Shown one piece after another: positions 48,935 to 60,900 of a stretch of 64,000 nt of DNA (positions are counted from its first letter, which is position 1; each line of letters opens with the position of its first letter). The notes under the pieces are model-generated. The model saw nothing but the letters and a program-made list of their open reading frames with translations. It searched no databases and was not told the origin of the DNA. Origin of the DNA: Mnemiopsis leidyi (taxonomy: Eukaryota); NCBI GenBank assembly GCA_048537945.1, contig CM108484.1, forward strand, positions 4,210,494-4,274,493, written 5' to 3'. Both the position numbers and the translations under genes were made by a program.

Positions 48935-51900
48935 AAGGCACTGACCATGACCATGACACCCTGGAATTTGACTTTGGAAAATTAGGATTTTTTGGTCAAA
49001 ATTTTGACCATTTGACCAAAACCATGACACCCGGACGAAAGGCAAATGGTAAAAGAATCGTGGTCATCCGATCCCCCCCCCCCCCCGTTATCGTTCAAAG
49101 ATAATAAATGTGAAGAATGTTTTCAATTTTTCCATCGCTAATACTTTTTTGCCGAAGGCAAAAAAGTAAAGTAGATGGACAGATGGTTTAAAGTGGACGG
49201 ATTTTGGGGTGGGTCGTGGCTAGGTAGGTAGATAAATTTGGTGGATGTCGGCGTGACAGAGGCAACCATGTGTTAAACTCCGCAAGACGATAGTAACCAC
49301 GTTGGGGGCTGCTCCTACGTAAAGTAATTTGAATGACGTAAGGGATTATAGAAATTGTAAATGCGTGATGCGCGGCGCACACTGCACAGTATGTACAAGT
49401 TCAAAAGTCCATAGGTTTGTAATCGGTATGGCCGAATTTAGGTATGCTAAATCTGGTCGCAAAATAGAGGACAGCTATAAAATGGCGGGCATTAGTGGAA
49501 AGGCTGCCTTATAACATAGTAGGTTACTAGCAAAAATAGTGGGTAGCTAGCGAAAAATAGCGGAAAATCTATATTGGGGTTGTACAAGCTCTACGATTAA
49601 ACATTATGCCTAAGAAACGATTTAACGAATAATCACTACGAAAGATATGGCACCGGACAAGAATGGAAACGTATTTTATACGACAACAGGAAATAAGTCA
49701 GCAAGGAACGACGTAACACTAACTGCGTCCACGAAACTGTGTCGACCACGTTTATGATATGTAGAGTTTTGGTAACGCACAGCACTCAACAGAGTTCTTG
49801 ACACGATGTTGCCGCATTCTGCGGCCTGAGGCAGTTATAAAACCTATAATCGTAATCGTATACATAATTAAGTTTGATAAAGGAGCGTGCGCGCGGACGT
49901 ACGTACGTACGTACGGACACTTTTTGAGCTAATATTCCAAAATTACGCTGTCGATCGCCAACCCTTGTTTTGTACTTTTTGTGCACGTGCACAAAACGTA
50001 TCAAAACAATCTTGACTTAGTAGTTTGTAGCGTAAACTGTCGTTCAGGGTCCACAATCGCGCTTAGCAATATGTTAACCATTACTAGTCATGAGTCAAAC
50101 GCTATAGTTTTTAGTTAAATTCTCAGTTAGCCGTGACTGCTTTTAATTCATAACGGTATATATAAATAACTAGGTAATAGTTTACAATAACTGCAACAAG
50201 GAATGGAAGCTAAGGGGTTCCGTGCAATCTTTAGTGCAACCTTTACATTAATTCAGTAGTCCGGTGAGACGTACTGGTGGCGGTTCCTCCGCCCCGTTGC
50301 TCACATAACGACTAGCTTGTTATTAACATCTCGCATCGATTGAAGAGTACTGTGTTATCACATTTGAAACACAAAGAAATTTAATACACCGATGCAAAAG
50401 TATATATACTACTTCTGCACTTAAGATCTGGATATGTGCCTAGCCTGGCGAAGTTAGTGGAAATCCTTGCTGTACGGCATGTTAAACAAGGATTGTAAGC
50501 TAAGGGGTCCCGTGCAGTCCAATCTTTAGTGCAACCTTTACATTCGTACTGAATACATATCATCATTCATCACAGTATCTAGTTAAAGATGACTGCAACT
50601 TCATAGCGGTATTTAGTCTAAAAGAGAGATGGCGTCCGCCTGAGACCAAACTAAGCGGACGCAATTCTTGTTAAACTTTAACTAGGGATGGGCATTCAGG
50701 CGACTACTTACTCTTGTATTTAGTATTTATCATTGATAATAGCGGCTGCTATTCTTGTTAACGCTTTCGACAATGCAAATTTTCCTAAGAATTTTCCTAA
50801 GAATTAATTTGGTTCAACTTGAAAACTGTCTCACTTTCCGTGCTTTATTCCGTCGATAGCCCTCGAAGCTTCCACAAGTTTGTAATTACCCATGTAATTG
50901 TATGTTTCGCTTTGGGTTGCCGTGCCTTGGCGAGCAATGTTTTCTTGCAGAAAGTCGGCGTTGCTTTTCCCTGGACGGAGTTGTCATAAATATTCTTGAC
51001 AGGTTATTTGTCATGGAAATTTCAGAGCTAAGGCAATGTGGCAAAACCTTTCTCTTGTTGATAAGAGATATTGCATTTGTATTTGTATTTGTTATATCTG
51101 TTTTTCGACTGAGTCGACCGAAGAAGATTGCATAGGCAAATGATTGATGGATCTGGGTATCGAACCCCCTACCTTCTCGATAGGAATCCTATTAGGTAGA
51201 CGCCACTATATCCCCAGTGGGGATATAGTGGCGTCTACCTAATATGGGGTGGGGATTCCCCACCCCATATTGTCCTTACCTAGTAGGAGCAGGAAGAAAA
51301 GTATCGATAGAACCACCATCACAAGATCGTCTTTCTGTAACCTTAAGCTTTGTAGTCTTTTACATGGAAAGCTAGAAAATTGATATGATCAATGAGCAAA
51401 AAACAATAAATAGATGAAAATTAGCTTTCCATTAGACTCCTCAAAAAAATCCAAAATATGTTCTTCTTTGAAAATCCAATCTTATGTTCACTAAAACTCC
51501 GCTCTCCTACTTCCAATTTCCAAAGCGTTCTCTTAGAAACAGCTATGGTGACTCCCTGCAATGAAAAAGAAAATTTGTGCCATAAAAACTCCTAGCAGTG
51601 CCCTGTGCCATTTGAAACAGAAACACCAAATGTTAGTGGTCGAACAGGAAACTGGAATTTACATCACACTTCTCTCTCGCATCATACTCTCTTAAGTTTG
51701 TAAGTTGTCGCTCTAACTATCCACGTGTTGCCACCTGAGCAGTGGTTTGATAAGGAGGAAAAGTTCTAGTTCCATTTCATAATTGGTAGTTCCTTTTCAG
51801 ACTTAAATTTTACTGTTCGATCTGTGCAGCCTCGTACTGCCATCAATTAGATCAAGTAAACCGAAAAAGCTACTGAAGTACGTGTCACCTTGGCGACAGC

Positions 51901-54900
51901 AAGAAGCTAGGAAGTGGACAGGATATATGCGAGTCTACTTGTGGTGTGAGCTAAGCAGCTGATAATAAAACAGGTAAACCTAAATTCGCGTGACGAAACT
52001 CCTCCAGCTAAGGTTTAGAAGAAGCGGACAATTATATGGCGGGGCTGTAAAGTGTTCATCGTCGTGAACTACCCTTAAAATAGCACGTGTGTGAAATGGT
52101 ATGGTGGATAATGTGAATGAGCCGATAAATTGTTCCTGATTCAGTGATTTGCTGAAACTTCAATGAGCAGTTAGACGTTTGTTCTCCCCTCAACTGGAGT
52201 AGAGAGGCGCTCCATTAGCATTTAGCACTTCATGCTCGGTTAACCGGCTTAGTATTACATCATTGCTATAGATTGGAACATATAGGGGTTACAATGTTTG
52301 GCATTGCTATTGCTATGGGTGGTAAGGTATAGAAGATTATGATGTTTTACAATAGCTATTGCTATAGTTGGGTCGGTAAGACTAAGAATACGTTGAGGTT
52401 TGACTCAAAAGAGAAAGCCTGGGAACAAAGCCGAAAGTTATTGCATACAACAGAGATAACAGGCGGGTTGAAATTAAATTATCAAGTCTAATAAATTATT
52501 CGGGGCGATCGTTTGCGGCACCTACTCCACACAAGTAAGCAATGATTGGACTTCCGTCTTCCGATAGGGTGCAATTAATGTTTTAGTTAAACTTGAACGT
52601 TTTTATTCATCCTTTCAGCTGACGCCAATAATAGACGGAAGAGTGGTGCCAGTGACGTCACACTTAGAGTTAAGATCAGGGGATATCATCGGGATCAACT
52701 CATTCGGTTTTGGAGGAGCCAACGCACATGTCATTCTACAGGTAGGCTGAGTATATTGAATTTAGCATTTCATCCAAAAATCGATAGAGTTAGTGTTTTT
52801 TTGTGAACGCATCAGCTGAAATTTATTTCGATATCTGTGATTTTGCTGCTTTACTCAAGTTAAAAACTTGGACAAAGGGAACAAATAATATATTATAGTA
52901 TTCTCCATTATTAACATAAGAGCTAAGGTATCAGTTTTAACACTCCCTGACTGAGGACTACAAATATTCCCAGGGTGTATCCGGGGACGAGCCGAGACCT
53001 GTAAACTCTGAAATACCCATGTTGGTTCCGTACTACAACAGAAAAGCCGAGCAAACACAGTCGGCCTTGTGTCAGATACGAGATGAACATGTCACACATG
53101 ATAAACTCAGCTACCTTCACATGATAGCGCAAGTAAGGATACTTAATTAACTATATCATTTATCTATATCATTTATCTAAATGGTAGAGCTCTCTAGAAA
53201 TGTTTATTCAAGTGTGAATCTCACCTTTGAATCAGGATGTTCAGAAGGATTTTCAAACAAAAATACAGATGACCCTCCTGATCCATTATCATAGTAAACG
53301 TGATTATCATAGTAGAAATTAGGAATTTTCTATATTATGTATAAGACGATTAACCCGTTCGCCCCCGAGGTCGATATATATACCCGCTCTAGCGACTAAT
53401 ATTGTGCCATATCTATTTGTCATAGAATCAATTTCTTTAGTGAGTTCGCTTTTAAAAACTCAGTTCTATCCATGACAACACTCATTTTGAAAAAAGAAAT
53501 AGTTTTTTCGATAATTACATTAATTAATTAATAAAATAATTATTTAATTATTTTAAATTGCGCATAAATATTGCTCATGAACTAATTTCTCAAAATCATC
53601 TCGGGACCATGTACAGCGATGCTTTAGCAAATATGGAATCATGCAAACTGTTTGGTTGTGGATAAAATGTATCCACAATGAGTCGTTAAAGTGCGGGTAT
53701 ATATATCGACCTCGGGGGTTCGCCGGGGGAAGTCGAATTATTTTGAGGAAAAATCCATTTATATGCCATGGTAATCCGTTTTAGTGCAAATTTGATAGCT
53801 TGTTTCATTATTTAGGTTGTTTCCAACAAAAGTTTGTGGAAAAATTCTAACTATCCTTGCGACTTCTCAAGTAAAGTATAGCAGGTCGATAAATCGACCC
53901 TGGGATATGAGAGATGTGAATAGTCTAGACCATAATGTAAAAGTATTTGCAAGTTTAGCTACACGTGTGAAACTTATTAGAATTGCTTTTCAAGGTGTAT
54001 AGAACCGATGTTGACCAGTTAACAATCCACCTGGGGTGGGGAGGGTGCCCAAATGACCACACCCTATTGTGCATATCCCCGTCACGGCCCTCAATAATCC
54101 TGCTGAAATAAACATCGCAGCATACGGATCTGGCCTTATTCATGGCAAAGTGAAAGACCGTGTGACTCTCCATCAGCAAAGAAAAAGTTGGGAAAAGCTT
54201 GGTCTGGGATTTTGCAATGAGGTCACTCAATAATTAGAATGGGTCTCTTGCCGGCAAATATGGGTCTCTTGCCGGCCTAAAAACGGCCGATAGCCGGCTG
54301 ACATCAGGCCTGTAGCTGGCCTATATCAGACTGGCTATATAGGCCGTTTACAGGTCCGATATAGGCAGGCTATTGGCCATTAAAAGGCCTTTTATTGGCC
54401 TTATATGGGCCTTGTATCGCCCTTACAGGCCTTGTATTGGCCTTGCATCGGCCATTCGACCGACTAAAGGTCGGAACTAATCTCCCAATCTGCCCTTTTG
54501 CCAACTTGCAGAAATGCCTTGACAAAACAGATTCCAGCTACCGAACTTTCGGAACTGGGGAACTGTCGATGCAAAACAAGTTTACACCGTGCATAATGTG
54601 CATCAATTATAGTCCTGAATAGTTTTTGGCAAATCAAGCCTTCTTCTAGTCTCCTGGTAATCCTCAAAGCGTGATTAAAACCGTACTTTAGTATCATGTC
54701 CACAGAAACGTCCCATCTGTGACGGCAAATGCTAAATTATGTGATGTTTTATCCTTTCAAGTGTCTTCTGAGGATGTGAGAAGCACAAGGAAGCCTCGCA
54801 TCAAGAGCAATCGCTGTTTGTCATATTAGAATGAAAAAATATTAAGATACAGTTGTAAGAAAGTGAAAATAGCAAGGCAGAGTAGGTAGAGAGCTTTTAT

Positions 54901-57900
54901 GTTCACTTCTTAGTCCAATAAGAGGTTAATTCTATTTATTTCACAGGCAAATTGGCTTATATGACCAAATTTGTTATCTCACCTAGTGAAACTCCCGAGG
55001 TCGATATATCGACCTCCTCAGTATAACTGACCTCTTCTGTATAACTGAGGCACTAAAAACTAGAATTATTCTCCTTAATTGTTTTAAGATGTAAGGCCGT
55101 GTCATATGGGGCTTAAAAACTTTCATGAACAAGCAATTTTCGAAATTTTGAAAATAGATAAATTTTCCTGTTGAATCCCCGAGGTCGATATATCGACCTC
55201 GCGATATCTCGAAAACCAAAAGCATTGAGACAAAAACCTTTCATACTTTTCTTATTCGGGCCAATACAAGTTGATTTAGGGGGTAAATTTGAAAATTCAT
55301 TCTCGGGGGTGTAGGGGTTAAGGATGGTTTATAGTTAACATAAAAGAATGTCACTATAGAGGTGAGGTCTTTGATTAAGGTGCGAAAGAGAAAGTGAGGA
55401 AATATAAGAGTAGAAGAGTGGAATATAAAGCTGATCAATTGAGTCAACTTTCTTCTCACAATATGCTGAACAAATTGGTTTGGTTAAGAGAACTAAGAGT
55501 TTACCCTCACCAAGTGTCTGCATCCTCAAAGAACGGAGTTAACCCTCACCAAGTGTCTGTATCCTCAAAGAACGGAGTTTACCCTCACCAAGTGTCTGTA
55601 TCCAGGATACAGTATCCTCAAAGAACGGTAAAGCAAACCACAAACTCTCTCCGACTATGTTTGTCTATTACAGTGTTTAGGGAGAGCAACAGATCATAGA
55701 TCTTAGTGATCATATACGTTGTCCTTCCTGTTTAAGTAAAAGTTCAACCTTCTCACCAACAGTACTATTAAATCCTAAGTCCACGAAGACCTGTGTGTTC
55801 AAGGCCATGTTCTTGTTATAGCAAACGAGTAAATCGCTATCTTATGACTCCTAGTATTAGCTAGCTTTGATCTCGGGATCTTAAAGAAACAATATGGTTG
55901 GTTGGGAAGCACTGTCCTTGGGCATGTATTCTGTAAAAAGATGTTGCCCGATTTTCATTGTCTGATTTAACTAAGGATTTGCTAAATATGTAAATACCCA
56001 AGAAACCACTACAAAAAACAGTACAAAAATAGTCCGCGAAACACCTAGATTATTTCTCCGCGACCAATGAACATCCTAAAAGCGTCATTAACTTCAACCC
56101 TGGTTTTCGGCTCTAGACATTCCCGCCACTGCCCACTTTACAGAAACTTTCACACCCTGTTTTAGGATAGTTTATAGTTAACATAAAAGAATGTCACTAT
56201 AGAGGTGAGGTCTTTGATTAAGGTGCGAAAGAGAAAGTGAGGAAATAGAAGAGTGAAGAGTGGAATTTAAAGCTGATCAATTGAGTCAACTTTCTTCTCA
56301 CAATATGCTGAACAAATTGGTTTGGTTAAGAGAACTAACAGTTATCCCTTACCAAGTGTCTGTATCCTCAAAGAACGGAGTTTACCCTTACCAAGTGTCT
56401 GTATCCTCAAAGAACGGTTAAGCAAACCACAAACACTCTCCGACTATGTTTGTCTATTACAGTGTTAAGGGAGAGCAACAGATCATAGATCTTAGTGATC
56501 ATATACGTTGTCCTTCCTGTTTAAGAACAAGTTCAACGTTCTCACCAACAGTACTATTAAATCCTAAGTCCACGAAGACCTATGTGTTCAAGGCCATGTT
56601 CTTGTTATAGCAAACGAGTAAATCGCTATCTTATGACTCCTAGTATTAGCCGGCTTTGATCTCGGGATCTTAAAGAAACAATATGGTTGGTTGGGAAGCA
56701 CTGTCCTTGGGCATGTATTCTGTAAAAAGATGTTGCCCGATTTTCTTTGTCTGATTTAACTAAGGATTTGCTAAATATGTAAATACCCAAGAAACCAGCA
56801 CAAAAAACAGTACAAAAACGGTCCTCGACACACCTAGATTATTTCTCCGCGACCAATGAACATCCTAAAACCGTCATTAACTGCATCCCTGGTTCCCGGC
56901 TCTAGACATTCCCACCACTGCACTGCCCACTTGACAGAAACTTTCACACCCCCTTTATGTACCTCCCCCAACCCACCTGTGTGAGTCCTTCCTATTCCAT
57001 AACAAATTCTTCTCAGGGCTCAGCAGCAAGCAACGTAACACGAGGTTACGTAGTACTAAACGGAGTTAAAAGAGAACCTGTTGTGGCGGAGGCCAGTCCT
57101 CCTGCCGAGACGAGACCACTCTGGTTCGTCATGACTGGGATGGGCGCTCAGTGGCACGAGATGGGCAAGGACATGTTGAAATACGAGACTTTCAGACGGT
57201 AAGATATCGATTCTTTGAATGAGTGGACGCAAAAATAATAAAAGTTTGACGCAAAAGAAGATCTCTCCAACTTTCACTAAAACAATCCTGTCTTCCTCAG
57301 ATCGGTAGAGGAGTGTAGTCGAGCTCTATCCTCTGTACCAGAGTGTTCTATAGACGTCCTACACCTCCTTACATCTCGCTCGGCCGACCTTCACAGTGCC
57401 GAGAACGCCTTTGTGGGCCTCTGTGCGGTTCAGATAGGACTGGTTGATCTCCTCACAGAGTTTGGTCTGAGACCTGACGGTTTGGTGGGACACAGCGTGG
57501 GGGAGTTGGTTTGTGGGTATGCTGATGGATGTTTGGATATCAGGCAGACCATCTTATCCAGCTACTTTAGAGGTAGATTTATTTTCTAGAGAGATTGTAG
57601 TTTTTTTTCGTTAGTTCGCTATCTTATGAATCCTTTAAAAAACAACTTAACTGCTAAGCTAACGTCTACTTTTGATCTGATCACGTGATGAAAAATAACC
57701 ACTATAGAAACTATATAGAGACTACTACAGTATCCAGATAACTCACTCCCCCAGGAAAGTGTATAAAAGACGCGGGCCTGGAGGAGGGCGGTATGGCGGC
57801 TGTTGGTCTGACCTGGGAAGAAGCTTCCAATGTGTGCCCCTCAGGAGTAGTGCCTGCTTGTTACAATGCGGAGGTAAGTACTGAGATGTATAGTAGTAAT

Positions 57901-60900
57901 CGTAGTACTCGCAGTACACATAGTATGGTATTATAGTAGAACAAGCTCTAAGTTTCTTTACAGTGCTCGTAGCATAGTTGCATAGGAGGCTAGTTAGTTT
58001 GTTTTATTGAAGTTTGGGAAAGTGCCGTTTTTGTTTAAGACATAGTAAGTTTATTGAAATCTTTCAAACTTATTAATGCAAAGTTTCACAGTCGGCATAA
58101 CACCTGGATATTAAAATCTGTGATAGAAATTTCGTAAAAATAGTTCACAAGTAATTTATATGGATTGAAGCAAAATCAAATCTTTACAATTCAAAGTATG
58201 GAAAGAATGTCATCCGAACCACATGAATAGCCCACATAACTGCAGGATTCAGTAACAATCTCCGGTGACAAAGAGAAAGTTCTGGAACTAGTACAGAAGC
58301 TGACTGACGAAGGAGTGTTTGCCAAGGCGGTAAACTCGTGTGGAGTTGCCTTCCACTCACCCAGTCTCGCAACAGTTGGTCCTCAGCTGGAGGCCTGTTT
58401 GAAACCCATCATACCCTCACCTAAACTCAGATCGAAGGGTAAGTAAGCTTGAGAATTAGTTTTGTTTTTTGTGTTGATCAGGTTGTAGTGCTAGAAGGAC
58501 AGAAATTCCTGACTTGGATGTCGCAACAGATAAAGATATAAAAACTTGATGTTCATGTTAATGTTCCGATAAAGGATTTCTCTGATTTCGGATTGGACAT
58601 ATTTCCAGCAACTTCAAACATTTGACACAGAATGTAGAGCAGGATTATCAAATGAGTTTCTTGGAGTGACATAGTTGTTGCTGTCCACGCTCCTCAGCCT
58701 ATTCCTAACATTAACACTGGACACAGACCCAGGCTGGATGATAGGCTTACCTGGTTTCACCAGCCCGCCCATCACCCAGTCCCGGAAACTCTGCATCCGG
58801 CTGAAGTAGACTATCGGACTAAGATACGCGCTCAGAACAACAGTTTGTACAGCGGATATGTTCCAAGTGTAAAACATCATGAAAGTGTTCCGATAGCGAG
58901 GTGAACTGTTCTCCTTCATGTTGTCGTAGTCTGCTATCCAGAGTAACATGTTGATACACTGGGGCAGGTTACAAATCAGGAATATTCCTGTTACGATCAT
59001 GATTGTCACTGAGGCTTGTTTCTTAGTGGACTGTTGTCCGTTAGGGACCAAATCACTCTTTCTCAGTTTGTAGACCGAGCTGATGAAGCTGATGATGATA
59101 AGAAATGTCGGTAAACCAATCTCTATTTCGTACAGTTGATCGTCTATTTTCCCGTAAATCTGGTTAGGACCCAGATCTTCATAGCAAAACACATCATGGT
59201 CGTTATACACGTGTATTTGCTCCGATCGTAGGGCGGCGTTCTGTAGGATAATGAACAACAAGTACGCTCTGAAGGACCAAACTATAGCTTCCCTATACAG
59301 CACTGTAAACGGGAAACATATAGCAATAGCTCTAGACAAACTGAGCAACAAAACAAGGAATATCGCTGACACCTGAAGACCTCTAAACAGAATCCTCCAC
59401 CCGATACAGAAGTACTGGTTCCCAAACAAGACGGGCTCACGTGCACTCCACATAGATACCATGACGGGGAGGTGAGCTAGGCACGTGACCAGATCCACCA
59501 CACAGATACGGCGGTAGATCTGGGTGGGTATGTCCCGGCCTTTACAGAGGACACAGAAGTAGTAGAGAGAGATGATGTTAGCAGGAACCCCCAGGATGAG
59601 TCCTAGGAGGAGGTTGAGAGAGAGGATCTTGTCGAGGGTGAGCACCATGTCAGGGATCGGGGTAGTTGATACGTTCTCCATGGTGCAGATCTGTTAGGGG
59701 GCGGGGGTTATTTGAATATTTGAGTTGAGTTAGGTTAATGGTCACTGGAGAAGTTATCGTATTTGATTAATTTACGTGAAAGTAATATAGTGAGCATATT
59801 TGATTGAGATTTGTCATGCATTATTTAGTTACTGTCGGGCTTGTGAAAGGGTAAAATGTTGGAAGTATCGGAGTTGAGTTGATCAAAATTTAAAAGAATC
59901 GTGATTTATCGGAAATTGTCATTTTACGGTAATCAACAAATATATTTACGAACAGCAAATAATGAATGTATCGGATATTTTTTGGAACATCTATTTTTGA
60001 AGGGAACAGGTAATTTTTGAAAATGCCTTCACTTGGTAAATAAATGAAAATAATGAAATGAAACAATTTAGAAAATCGATACCCTCCAATATTTGCAATG
60101 AAATATAGAATAGCTAGACACAACGAGATTCTGGTTAGAAAGTTCACGTAAACTTCCAGACACTCTTTTATCGATAAGCTCAAAGAGGAGAACTCGCGAT
60201 GAAAACTTTTGATGGTCTGGAAGGAATTGAATTCCATTTAATTTGACTGAAATTCTAGCAACAAAGAGGTCCTTTAAGAAAAAATACCGAAGATGATTTG
60301 TCGTAATTAATGCTAGAAAAATTCTCTGGTTTCTTGTCTGGTAACTCCCAACGGTGAAGCTAAGAGAAAAGGGGCAAATAAAAGAACAGATTGAACAACG
60401 GAATGAAAAACCATGGGTTATCGGTTTTTCGAGAATCAAACTGATAAACATTTCCAGCTATATAGGAAGTTTAGACAAAAGATGGCCAAGAAAACTTTCG
60501 CTGTGCACTGCAACATTGAAAATGAAACACAAATTTGAATTAAGGAAATAAAGAATAAATTTTAAATCCGGGAAATTGGTAGATCACCGGCTACTAAACG
60601 ACTACAACTTTGATAGCCGGCTATAAGCCGGCATAAAGCCGGTCAGTAGCCGCTTCCATTGGTTGTTGAGCGACGGTCATAAGCCGGCCATAAGCCGTTT
60701 AGGTATCAAAATTGTGGTTATAAGCCGGCTGTAAGCCGGCCATAAGAAATTCATTCAATAACACGGTAATGAGCGATAGTCGGGGGCCGGCTATAAGAAA
60801 TTCTATGGAAACGGCCATTAGCCGGTTATAAGCCGGCTATAAGCCGTTAAGGTATTCAAAGTTGTTATAAGCCGGTTATAAGATATTGACTCAATATCAT

